From Myxococcota bacterium (lineage in GTDB: Bacteria > Myxococcota_A > UBA796), in the NCBI GenBank assembly GCA_047621685.1, contig JBLHNG010000003.1:1-58029 (forward strand): a DNA stretch of 58,029 nucleotides, in the 5' to 3' direction. Shown here in pieces: positions 46,592 to 55,450 of this stretch. The notes beneath the pieces were generated by a model. It had not been told where the DNA came from and searched no databases. It was given only the letters and a program-made list of their open reading frames with translations. Numbering within the stretch: position 1 is the first letter of the stretch; every line of letters begins with the position of its first letter. A program made the translations under genes and the position numbers.

Positions 46592-47380
46592 CTACCAGGG
46601 CTGGGCCAGTCGCTGACCGCCCTGGACCTTGGTGGACTCCAGCAGCGTGTCACCTGGGAAAGTGCCAGCGTATGTGGGCACGTCGTCCTTGTCGTTGAAG
46701 GTCATCACGACCTTGTCCTGCATGTAGGTCGTCCCCGAGTCGGACTTCAGGAGCATCTCCAGCTCGAACTTACCAGCACCGACATCGCTCTTGGTGAACG
46801 CTGCGCTGTGGCCCTGGGCGGTGGTGATGTCGAGGTCGATGGTGGCAGAGGACACGTCTTGAGTGGGGCTGATCCGCCGGGTGGTGACCGTCATGTCCTG
46901 GCTGGCGCCGTCGTCGCTGCTGGCCTTGTAGCTCGCCTTGAAGGTGTCGCTGTTGGAGGCATCCCAGCCAAAGGTGAGCAGCCAGTCGGGCACCGGCATG
47001 GGATGGGTGATGCGATCGAAGATGAAGGTGGAGTCTGCGGCTGGGACATCGAAAAACGCCGAGCGCCGCATCCGGACCACGCTGTCCCATGGGGCCACGT
47101 TGGTGCCGCCGGTCATCTGCCACCGGACCTCGACGGTGTCGCCAGTCGTGACAGTGACGGCGCTGGAGGCGGTCATCGCGCGGGTGGCGTTGCTGAAGGA
47201 GAGAGTCGCCTGCTGGCTGCCGTTGACCAGGATCTTACCGACCAGTCCGCTGGGATTCCAGCCAGCAAGACCAGGGTTTATCAGCGCAGACGGGCTGACC
47301 AGGGTCAGGGTTCCAGCTTTGATATCAACCTTGACGCGCATAATAATCGACCCGAGGGGCCACTCATTCTCACTAGACAT
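46592..47380 (-). CDS. hypothetical cytoplasmic beta-rich protein (262 aa, no Cys)
   Basis: Starts 19 nt downstream of the CHAT gene on the same strand. Ser/Thr/Val/Asp-rich with no signal peptide and no recognisable motif. Confidence 0.65.
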   Translation of the reverse strand: MSSENEWPLGSIIMRVKVDIKAGTLTLVSPSALINPGLAGWNPSGLVGKILVNGSQQATLSFSNATRAMTASSAVTVTTGDTVEVRWQMTGGTNVAPWDSVVRMRRSAFFDVPAADSTFIFDRITHPMPVPDWLLTFGWDASNSDTFKASYKASSDDGASQDMTVTTRRISPTQDVSSATIDLDITTAQGHSAAFTKSDVGAGKFELEMLLKSDSGTTYMQDKVVMTFNDKDDVPTYAGTFPGDTLLESTKVQGGQRLAQPW

Positions 47381-47399
47381 TCTGTGCCTCGATTACAGT

Positions 47400-49823
47400 T
47401 CAGTAGACGATTGGAGCAGCCCAGATCCGGGCTGGCAGCCCCTCACGGCGGAGCTGTTGGCAGACCAGAGCGGTGACCCGGGCTGGATCGTTAAACGGCC
47501 AGTGAGTCATCATGCACTGCACAAAGCGCCCCATCTCGCGGTCCTGGACCGGCCATCGGGTGGCGATCACTGCGGATGCACCCGCGCTGAGGAAAGCGCC
47601 GGCCATCGACCGCTCGACACCTCGGTGCAGCGCTGAGGCACCGGTCGCGCAGCCCGACAGCAGCACGATGGGGTTGCCGGAGAGCGGAAGGTTAGAGATC
47701 TCAGGTGGCCCGATGAGGCCGTCGGCCATCACCAGCAAGGGCATGCCACGCTCTCGGCGGGAGTGAACGCCGATGTGCAGCAGGCCGACCGGGGGAAGCT
47801 CCAGGAGCGCCCGGTGGGTCACCTCGCTTCGGCGGAGGAACACATCTGCCGAGGCAACCTCCGCATCTGCCATCGGGAGGTCTCCGTGGGCGTCCGCCAG
47901 ACTGGCGACCGCAGCCGGCAGCACCATGGGCTGTGCGCCTCGGCGACGACGGGGACCCGCGAGATCAATGAACTGCGGGGGACGGGCATCGCCGACCTGT
48001 GCAGCGATGTACGGCATCGGAGCGTTTGCCAGCAGGCTATTGCTGCCCAACAGGATCTGTCCTGTCGGGATCCCATCGGGGAACAGGATCTCAGCCAGCC
48101 GGATGGCAACCCTGGGGGTTCCGCCTGTGAGGGCTTCCTGCTGGCTGGTGTGGACCAGGCGCAGGAACTCATCCCGACTCATGCGGATGTTTCGGACCGA
48201 TGCTCCGGGCTGACCGCTGAGCACCAGCAGTCCCTGGGGCACCGCGAGGATCCCCATCAGCGAGATCCGATCGTCTGCGGCATCTGCGGTGTGCAGGAAG
48301 TACAGGCGCATCAGGTGACGGGCAGCAGCAGCATGAGCCTCGATGGCCAGATTCAGCAGCGCAATCAGGGTGTGCAGCGTGCTGGCATGGACCCGACCGT
48401 CATCGTGTTGGTGCAGCTCGTCCTCAACGGCGGTGATGACCTGCGCCCAGTCGGTCACGCGACCAGAGCGCTGCGTGACCAGGATCCGGAGCAGGATCCA
48501 GCTCAGCCCTCGACTGCTGAGGGTCTTCAGCTGCTCGACCTCTTCGTTGAGCGCCTGCAGCCGGACCTGAGCCTCAGAGAGCTGTCCGCTGCCGACAAAG
48601 GCCTCGATGAGGTAGCCGCGGGCCTCCATCGCGCTGTACGGAGACAGCTTGTCGATCCAGGGAGCATTCAGGGACCGGAGGGCGACATCGTAGAGACCGA
48701 GCGCGACGTTGAGGCGCAGGCCGATCTGTCCCAGGCGCGCGACCTCTTCAGGGGCGGCAATCTGTGCCATCGCCAGCCACCGGGCCGCGGCCTCCAGCTC
48801 CCAATTGTTCAGTGCTGCCTGGGCCTGCTCCCGGCAGACCCAGGCGGCGTTTCGGTTGTCCAGGGCCACCCGACGGACGAGCGCCTGAAGCACCGACTCC
48901 GCAGCGGGCTGAAACTGGAGACAGTTCAAGGCAATCGCCAAACCCAGCGCCGCCTGAATCTCACCGGCAGTGTCCTTGACTTCTATCCCCCGCTCCAGCG
49001 CCTCCCGATAGAGACGAGACGCTTCAAAAAAGCTGCCCCGCTGGCCCAATTTTCCCGCTCTATAGATCAGCGCGATGGTCTCTTCATCCGCCGGCTTGAG
49101 CCGCTCCGCCGTATACAACACCCGGACATCGGAGGGCTCAAAGCCGGTGTCGAGGTTTAGCTCTGCGGCGTGCAGGCAGTGCTCGGCGCCCTGGAGGAGG
49201 TCTGTGAGGCTCGTGGAGTCGTGGGAGCGGTAGACGTCAGAGAGCCACAACCCCCAGAGGATGGGATCGACGGCCTGGGAGGAGGACAGCGCGACGATGC
49301 GGCGCGTGCCCTCAGGCAGGTGGGCCAGCTCCAGAGACACACCAGGGCGCTCCCGGCTGAGCTGGTGGACCAGGATCGGCGGCCCACCCTGCATCACCGC
49401 GTAGAGCAGCAGATGACAGGCCAGGGGATCGTGAGCCAGGGCCCCGCGCTCGGTCCGGTGAAGCTCCAGCGCGCCCTGAGAGCGATAGTTTCGGTAGAGG
49501 CTCTGAGAGGTCATCTCCGGAAACGGTGCCAACCCCTGGGTCTGTGCCAGCAGGAGGGCGGGAGCCGGAGGAGCGGTGCGAGCTGCCGTCCGGGCCTGGA
49601 GCGCCTTGAGGGAAGGCGGCTTCGGCATGGAAGCAACCACGGTCGACTCGCGGACCATCGCACCGAGCTGCCCAAGCTGCTTCTCTAGTTGGAGCTGGCC
49701 CTGACACTCACTGCAGCCCTGAGCGTGCTGACGTGCCGGTGCGGGCCAGACTCGGAATCCGGTCCACTCCAGGGTTCCCTGGAGAATTTGCTCTTCAATC
49801 AACTTGTGGGTCAACTCAGTCAT
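47400..49823 (-). CDS. zinc anti-sigma (ZAS, HxxxCxxC) N-terminal domain fused to TPR-like repeats and a CHAT protease domain
   Basis: ATG 49823 overlaps the sigma stop (ATGA). H33-AQG-C37-SE-C40. C-terminal LHIGVHS and IVLLSGCATG dyad context. No signal peptide or TM segment. Confidence 0.85.
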   Translation of the reverse strand: MTELTHKLIEEQILQGTLEWTGFRVWPAPARQHAQGCSECQGQLQLEKQLGQLGAMVRESTVVASMPKPPSLKALQARTAARTAPPAPALLLAQTQGLAPFPEMTSQSLYRNYRSQGALELHRTERGALAHDPLACHLLLYAVMQGGPPILVHQLSRERPGVSLELAHLPEGTRRIVALSSSQAVDPILWGLWLSDVYRSHDSTSLTDLLQGAEHCLHAAELNLDTGFEPSDVRVLYTAERLKPADEETIALIYRAGKLGQRGSFFEASRLYREALERGIEVKDTAGEIQAALGLAIALNCLQFQPAAESVLQALVRRVALDNRNAAWVCREQAQAALNNWELEAAARWLAMAQIAAPEEVARLGQIGLRLNVALGLYDVALRSLNAPWIDKLSPYSAMEARGYLIEAFVGSGQLSEAQVRLQALNEEVEQLKTLSSRGLSWILLRILVTQRSGRVTDWAQVITAVEDELHQHDDGRVHASTLHTLIALLNLAIEAHAAAARHLMRLYFLHTADAADDRISLMGILAVPQGLLVLSGQPGASVRNIRMSRDEFLRLVHTSQQEALTGGTPRVAIRLAEILFPDGIPTGQILLGSNSLLANAPMPYIAAQVGDARPPQFIDLAGPRRRRGAQPMVLPAAVASLADAHGDLPMADAEVASADVFLRRSEVTHRALLELPPVGLLHIGVHSRRERGMPLLVMADGLIGPPEISNLPLSGNPIVLLSGCATGASALHRGVERSMAGAFLSAGASAVIATRWPVQDREMGRFVQCMMTHWPFNDPARVTALVCQQLRREGLPARIWAAPIVY

Positions 49824-50398
49824 GGCTGTTGTTCCTCAAGCGCAGCTCGGAGCAGCACTCGGATTCGATGAAGTCGGCTTCGCACAGCCAATGGACTCAG
49901 CGGGGGCTCCAGCTGGGCTGCAATCTCCGCAGGCTTCAGCTGCTGCTCGACACTCATCCAAAAAATCATGGGATCAGGCGGCTCCAGGAAGCGAACCACG
50001 TCGAGGATGCTGCGAGCGGTCTCGTCGCGCTGGACGGGGTCGGGCATCTCATAGGAGGTGGTAAACCGGGCGAGATAGCGCGCCTGACGTTCCGCATGGC
50101 GCTGTGTGTTCCGACGGACCCGCATCGCCTCGTAGCGGGCGAAGGTCGCAAGCCAGCCGCCCAGACTGCGCCCATCAAACCGCTGCCAGTTCTCCAGCAT
50201 CAGGGCGAAGACATTCTGGAGCTGCTCCTCGGATTCCTCCTGAGAGAACCCCTTTCGCAGAAAGATCGCCATCAGCTCTGGCCCATGAACCTCCCAGGCA
50301 AGCGGAACCACCGGCCCCACATCTCCGCTCGCAACAGCTTCATCGAGCAGACGTCTCAGCTCATCCGGTGACCGATACATGGGAGAACTCTGACTCAT
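49820..50398 (-). CDS. ECF-type RNA polymerase sigma factor (divergent)
   Basis: ATG 50398 overlaps the receiver-gene stop (ATGA). Region-2-like LQNVFALMLENWQRFDGRSLGGWLATFARY and region-4-like KPAEIAAQLEPPLSPLAVRSRLHRIRVLL. Confidence 0.7.
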   Translation of the reverse strand: MSQSSPMYRSPDELRRLLDEAVASGDVGPVVPLAWEVHGPELMAIFLRKGFSQEESEEQLQNVFALMLENWQRFDGRSLGGWLATFARYEAMRVRRNTQRHAERQARYLARFTTSYEMPDPVQRDETARSILDVVRFLEPPDPMIFWMSVEQQLKPAEIAAQLEPPLSPLAVRSRLHRIRVLLRAALEEQQP

Positions 50399-50826
50399 TC
50401 GGAGTGTGCAGACTCCGCGCTGATCAGATTTCGCAGGTGGGAGAACGAGAATGGCTTGCACAGGATCGGTCGGCCGAGGGTCTTGAGGTGTGCCTCGGTG
50501 TCCCAGGAGCATCCGCCGGTCATGAACACCGTCCGAGACTGCTGCTCTGGGGACAGGCGGGCGTAGAACGTCGGGCCATCCATCACCGGCATGACGACAT
50601 CAGAGACGATCATGTGTGGAGTGCCATGCACTGCGATGTCGGCGAGGGCATCGACAGCGGATGCGAACAGGCTGACAGAGTAGTCCTCAAGCAGCTCCCC
50701 GAGCAGCATCCGAATCACCGGGTCATCATCGACAACCAGGACTCGAAGGGACGCCTGGGGCATCTGACAGTGATGACTTGATGATGGCTGTGGAGACACC
50801 TGCTCCCTCCGGTTTAAGGCGTTCAT
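50395..50826 (-). CDS. stand-alone response-regulator receiver domain protein
   Basis: RVLVVDDDPVIRMLL...MIVSDVVMPVMDG...VFMTGG...CKPF. ATG 50826 overlaps the upstream stop (ATGA). The ATG at 50763 is an alternative start. Confidence 0.8.
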   Translation of the reverse strand: MNALNRREQVSPQPSSSHHCQMPQASLRVLVVDDDPVIRMLLGELLEDYSVSLFASAVDALADIAVHGTPHMIVSDVVMPVMDGPTFYARLSPEQQSRTVFMTGGCSWDTEAHLKTLGRPILCKPFSFSHLRNLISAESAHSE

Positions 50827-51536
50827 AGTAAGCCCAGGGCGCTGTTGATTTGGTTCTCGAGGCCATCGAAGGCCTGACGAATCTGGCGGAGCTTGTCAGA
50901 CAGGGTCTGAAGCTGGGCCGCTGACAGGAAGCTGAGTCGATCCAGATCACCAAACAGCAGCCCCTCTCTGGTCACTGCCTGCTCCAGCCGATTGATCTCG
51001 GTGACGAAGGCCGGTGGCTGTGGAGGAGACGGGCGAAGGGCACGCACCTCAGCCTCCAGCTGCCGAACGGTCCAGCATCCATTCTCTGCGCGCTTCAGCA
51101 ACCTCAGCTGGTCGTCATCTGAGATCGAGAGCACTGCGCGAAAGTGCGACACCCCGAGGTTGGACCAGTCTTCCCCGATGCGCTGGAGCAGGGCGTAGAT
51201 CTGCATCGAGCGGTGGAGGACCGAGCGGCTGATGGCCACCCCATTGATCCGGGTCAGCTTCGCCAGCTTTCGGATCGAGGCCTCCTTGGCTCCCCGAGCA
51301 CGCCAGGCCTCAAGATCACCGTCGTAGAGATCCTCGATGAGGATCCGGCCGACGTTGAGATGGAGCTGAAGCCCGGAGAACCGGACCATTCGGCCAAGTC
51401 GCATCGCGGTGCGCTTGCACTCGACATCGGAGAAATCAGAGGAGAGCCCGGGGGCGGCTTCCTGAACAGGTTCTATGTTTGGTGGACTCACATATAGACA
51501 GAGCCAAAGTCGCCCTATCGTTGCACGCCTTGACAC
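50823..51536 (-). CDS. putative DNA-binding protein (ParB-HTH-like)
   Basis: GVSHFRAVLSISDDDQLRLLKRAENGCWTVRQLEAEVRAL resembles the ParB/KorB HTH region. The first 44 codons have low GC3, so the true start is probably ATG 51404. Confidence 0.55.
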   Translation of the reverse strand: MSRRATIGRLWLCLYVSPPNIEPVQEAAPGLSSDFSDVECKRTAMRLGRMVRFSGLQLHLNVGRILIEDLYDGDLEAWRARGAKEASIRKLAKLTRINGVAISRSVLHRSMQIYALLQRIGEDWSNLGVSHFRAVLSISDDDQLRLLKRAENGCWTVRQLEAEVRALRPSPPQPPAFVTEINRLEQAVTREGLLFGDLDRLSFLSAAQLQTLSDKLRQIRQAFDGLENQINSALGLL

Positions 51537-51575
51537 TCTCCTGACATTCTAATCCCAAGCCTGAGGGAAACGCCG

Positions 51576-53129
51576 CTATTGATCGATGCTGGCATTCAGC
51601 TCAAAGCCGGTGATGGTCTGAAGCTCAGCGGTCTGTGCGTCGTAGAAGCTCAGCCGCCCCAGCTCGTGCGCCTGGCTGGCGTAGGCGGTGTGAGAGCCTG
51701 GGAAGACCCCGATGTGCGCCGGGTTGCTGAGCAGGTTGATCTCATCGAGCAGCATCGCGTCGAGGTCCACCGACTCCAGGTAGGGCAGGTCTTCGAGGTA
51801 GAAGAAGGCGTACTGCCCATCTTCTGAGAAGGTGATCCCGGCGGGAACGGCGGACAGCCGGAGGGCGTTGGTGAAGTAGTCGTCGAGGTCGACGATGGTG
51901 ATCGCTGGCGCACCCTGAAACGGGGAGTCCTCGTCGATGTCCTTGTGGTCTTCCTTTGGATGGACGATCAGCGCTGAGCGCACCCCGGGGGCCATGTGAA
52001 CGCTCTCGATGGACTTGACGGTGCCGTGGGTGGTGAACGCATCGGTCTGGTCGGGGGCCAGGAGATCCCAGCTGACAAACCGCGGCTCCCCGGCGGCGGT
52101 GCTGTAGAGGATGGCGGTGTCTCCGGTGTCGGAGATGCTGATGCTGCCGAGCACGGTGTCGACGGGCAGGGGCATGACCTCCGGCAGCGCCTCCGGCACG
52201 GCGAGGTCGTAGATCCACACCTCTGAGGATCCCCGGGCCACTGCCATCGCCCGGGTGCCATCGGGGGTGACATCGAGGTCGGTGGGGTTGTCTCCGGCGG
52301 CCAGGACATCGGTCTCTCCGCTGACGAGATCGACGAGGATGAGGTCGGAGACTCCGTACTGCCGCACGATGGCGTACTGCCCGTCGGGGGTGACCAGGAC
52401 CTCCTCGGCCTCCGGTGGCTCCACGGTGTCCTCGATCTGGATGCGGGTCAGCACCGGCTCGTCTCCGCGCAGGTCGAGGTGGACCAGCCAGGAGTCGGAG
52501 ACCAGCACGGCGTCCCCGGTCTGCGAGAACTGGATCTGTGCCGGCTCGAAGCCCACCGACTGCGGCCAGTCCACCCCGCTGGTGATGTCCACCACGCTGA
52601 CCTCGCTGTAGGACCATGCACCGCTGGTGTCGTGGTCGGCGGGGGCCTCGGCCTGGTAGTAGCACAGCGCCCAGCGGCCATCGGGGGAGAGCTGGAGCTG
52701 GTTGAGGTGGGGGCGAATGGGCACCGCCTGGAGCTCCAGGCTGGTGGCGTCGACGATGTGGACCTCATCGAGTCCGGTGTCGAGGATGACCACCGCACCA
52801 TACGGATCCGAGGCGACCATGACCGAGGGGTTGGGGCCGATCTCGGCGGTCAGGGCGGAGAGGTCGGCGATGGAGACCCGGGTCAGCGAGTTGCGGTCGG
52901 GGTTGGCGATGTAGATGTTGTCGTCTACTGCGACCGGCTCCAGGGCGATGTAGGGGGACTCCTCCTCAGGATCGTAGCCGTCGTCGTAGGTGTCGGTGTC
53001 GGTGTCGGCGTCGGTGTCGGCGTCGGTGTCCGCATCGGTGTCGCTGTCGCTGTCGGCCTCATCGCTGGACACGGAGGCGGCGTCCTTGCCTTTACACGAC
53101 AGGAGCATCAAGAGGGTGATTGCACGCAT
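51576..53129 (-). CDS. beta-propeller lipoprotein (YncE/lactonase-like repeats)
   Basis: Lipobox LLMLLSC, a (D-S/T/A)n linker, and repeated ...SPDG..A.V... blades. Confidence 0.75.
   Translation of the reverse strand: MRAITLLMLLSCKGKDAASVSSDEADSDSDTDADTDADTDADTDTDTYDDGYDPEEESPYIALEPVAVDDNIYIANPDRNSLTRVSIADLSALTAEIGPNPSVMVASDPYGAVVILDTGLDEVHIVDATSLELQAVPIRPHLNQLQLSPDGRWALCYYQAEAPADHDTSGAWSYSEVSVVDITSGVDWPQSVGFEPAQIQFSQTGDAVLVSDSWLVHLDLRGDEPVLTRIQIEDTVEPPEAEEVLVTPDGQYAIVRQYGVSDLILVDLVSGETDVLAAGDNPTDLDVTPDGTRAMAVARGSSEVWIYDLAVPEALPEVMPLPVDTVLGSISISDTGDTAILYSTAAGEPRFVSWDLLAPDQTDAFTTHGTVKSIESVHMAPGVRSALIVHPKEDHKDIDEDSPFQGAPAITIVDLDDYFTNALRLSAVPAGITFSEDGQYAFFYLEDLPYLESVDLDAMLLDEINLLSNPAHIGVFPGSHTAYASQAHELGRLSFYDAQTAELQTITGFELNASIDQ
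52989..53058. repeat. 6/12-nt tandem repeat encoding (D-T/A/S)n
   Basis: (ggtgtc/ggcgtc)n on the plus strand, inside the propeller lipoprotein gene. Confidence 0.85.
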
Positions 53130-53165
53130 ATCAGTGGCTCCTCAGTGCTCAGGGTAGCACCGGAC

Positions 53166-53777
53166 TCAGTAGATGTCGTGGAGGGTCGAGAAGTCCGCAC
53201 ACTCAGTGAGTTCCTGCTCCCCGCTGACTGTGCCGGTGCCGGTGTAGGTCTCGAAGCCCTCGTAGATCAGGGTGCCGGAGAAGCCGGTCATCTCCATCGC
53301 CATGGCGTAGCTGCCCTCGGAGGGCGTGATGGTGAGGTCGTAGAGATCGGGGTGGCCCTGCCAATGCTGCCCCGACCAGTAGTAGTCCTCGTCCCCGGAG
53401 TCTCGCTCCTCGTAGACGAACGCACCGTCGCCGAGGGTGCAGGTGATCGAGAAGCCAGCCAGGGCGACCGGATCATCGGTCGCGGAGAAGCCGTCGCTCC
53501 AGTCGGGCAGCGACATGAAGAGGTTGCAGTGGTCACCGCTGAAGATCCCAGAGGGGTCGTCGGTGTTGCTGCCCGGGGTGAGGTAAGTCACCATCTCCTC
53601 GCAGCCGACGTCGGGGACGCTGGAGAGGTAGGCGATGAACTGGCCGTCCTGAGCGAGACCGTAGGCGCTCTGGATCGCCACGGTCCCCTCCCCGTCGATG
53701 TCTGGAAGGCTGATGGTGCCAGCCAGACCGGCGGCGTCTTCTTCTGCAGAGCTGCAGGCGAGCAGGAGGATGAGCAT
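53166..53777 (-). CDS. lipoprotein, unknown function
   Basis: Lipobox MLILLLAC. 203 aa with good GC3. Confidence 0.7.
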   Translation of the reverse strand: MLILLLACSSAEEDAAGLAGTISLPDIDGEGTVAIQSAYGLAQDGQFIAYLSSVPDVGCEEMVTYLTPGSNTDDPSGIFSGDHCNLFMSLPDWSDGFSATDDPVALAGFSITCTLGDGAFVYEERDSGDEDYYWSGQHWQGHPDLYDLTITPSEGSYAMAMEMTGFSGTLIYEGFETYTGTGTVSGEQELTECADFSTLHDIY

Positions 53778-53824
53778 GGGAGGACTCCGCGTGAGTGACT
53801 ACGGACATTGTGAACCACTGGGTC

Positions 53825-53970
53825 CTCTGTGGTGTACAGGAAGGTCCTGTGAGAGAGTGCAGCCCCCCTCGCCTGCAATCGCCGCTCCCCTGTACTACCC
53901 GCCTTGCGGCCCCACCCGGACACCCGCTCACCACCCGCAGTCTCACAGGACCTTCCTGCACACCACAGAG
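53825..53970 (+). repeat. 146-bp MITE-like element with 29-bp terminal inverted repeats (family B copy 3)
   Basis: ctctgtggtgtacaggaaggtcctgtgag (53825-53853) pairs with ctcacaggaccttcctgcacaccacagag (53942-53970) with one mismatch. The interior matches family B. Confidence 0.7.
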
Positions 53971-53998
53971 CGCCGGATAGTTCCCACAGGTCAGCCCC

Positions 53999-55450
53999 TC
54001 AGGGGGTGATGCGAAAGTCGAAGGCGCCTTCGGCATCGGTGAGGGTGGAGCCGTAGAATACCCCGTCCTCATCATAGACCTCCACGATAGAGATCCCACC
54101 CCCAGCATCCGGTCGTCGGACGCTTCCCCTGAGGCGAACCCCGTCACTGAGAGCCCAGTCGCCGCTGCTCGGGGCACTGGGATTGAGCAGCTCCCGGCGG
54201 GTCACCGCAGCCTCCCCCCGGGTGGGGGTGAGCCAGACATTGAGGGGCACGTCGGGCACTGAGAGGCTGAACCCCCCGGTCTCGTCGGTGTAGGCGGTGT
54301 AGGTGGCGTGGTTGAAGCCCTGCTCGACGAAGGTGACCAGGACATTGGCCGCAGGCTGCGCGCTGGAGTCGACCACCCTCCGCTCCAGCACGACCTGCTC
54401 GGTGAGCTTGAGGTTGCCGAGGTTGACCTCGCTGCCCTCGACGGTGAGAGCCTGCTCGAGGGGGGCGGTGAGGTCGGTGTCGTCAGGGGGCGGGATGATC
54501 TCGATGCTCCACTCGCCGGGCAGGGCGTAGACCAGGAAGCCCCCGCTCTGGTCGGTCTCGGTCTCGACGACCATGGTGCCCCGGGTGTCGACGAGGGAGT
54601 CGGCGGTGAGCCGGACGATGGCGTTGCTCATGGTCTGTCCGTCCGCAGTGCGGGGCACCCCCCGGACCAGCACCGGCTCGATGATGCCGACGTCGATGTC
54701 CACCCGCACACCGATGTCCTCTTTGAGGGTGATCGGCTCCTGGATGGTCGGCATGGTGGTGCCGGTCACCGGCTCGATCTGCACGAGGTAGTCGCCAGGA
54801 GCGGCCCGGAGCGTGTAGAAGCCTGCGGCATCGGTCTGGGTGGCAAAGCCCACCACGCCAGTCGCGGCGTCGATGAGCCGAACCGTGACGCTGAGCGTCT
54901 CGTCGTCGCTGGTGGTGACCGTGCCGTAGATCGGATCGCCGTAGCCCAGGTCAATCTCGCCGATGTCGGCTTCTCCGCTGACCTGGAGCCCCTCCTCCAC
55001 CACCATCGGCAGCCCCAGCTCCTCGGGCAGCACCGAGAGCTGGTAGCCATCCCCTGCAGGAAGGCTGAGGGTGAAGGAACCGTCTTCCCCGGTCTGCACA
55101 CTGGAGGAAGCGATGGTGCCGGGCTGCCCCAGGGTGACGGTGCTGAGGATGGGCACATCTCCCGCACCTGGCACGGTGATGCTGTAGGGGTTGGCAGCGA
55201 AGCCGGTGACCGTGCCGGTGATCGTGACCGTGGGGCGCAGCGACAGGGTGAGGTCCTGCCAGCCGGACTGCTCATCGAGCCACAGCGACTGAGCGAGCAG
55301 GTCGTCGCCAACCTCCACCGTGGGCAGCACATCGATGCGGAGCCGGGCGGTGTCGAAGTCATCGGGGGACAGCACCTGATCCCCCCCGGTGTCTGCGGTA
55401 AACGCCAGCTCGTTGGCCCCTGGCGCACAGCCACCCACCATCAGCCCCAC
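53999..55450 (-). CDS. lipoprotein with tandem carboxypeptidase-regulatory-like (Ig-like beta-sandwich) domains
   Basis: Repeated G.V.D..G.P......V...... units (e.g. GTVTTSDDETLSVTVRLID, GSVRRPDAGGGISIVEVYDEDG). Lipobox MVGGC. The N-terminus is probably longer than the listed GTG start (see finding). Confidence 0.7.
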   Translation of the reverse strand: MGLMVGGCAPGANELAFTADTGGDQVLSPDDFDTARLRIDVLPTVEVGDDLLAQSLWLDEQSGWQDLTLSLRPTVTITGTVTGFAANPYSITVPGAGDVPILSTVTLGQPGTIASSSVQTGEDGSFTLSLPAGDGYQLSVLPEELGLPMVVEEGLQVSGEADIGEIDLGYGDPIYGTVTTSDDETLSVTVRLIDAATGVVGFATQTDAAGFYTLRAAPGDYLVQIEPVTGTTMPTIQEPITLKEDIGVRVDIDVGIIEPVLVRGVPRTADGQTMSNAIVRLTADSLVDTRGTMVVETETDQSGGFLVYALPGEWSIEIIPPPDDTDLTAPLEQALTVEGSEVNLGNLKLTEQVVLERRVVDSSAQPAANVLVTFVEQGFNHATYTAYTDETGGFSLSVPDVPLNVWLTPTRGEAAVTRRELLNPSAPSSGDWALSDGVRLRGSVRRPDAGGGISIVEVYDEDGVFYGSTLTDAEGAFDFRITP

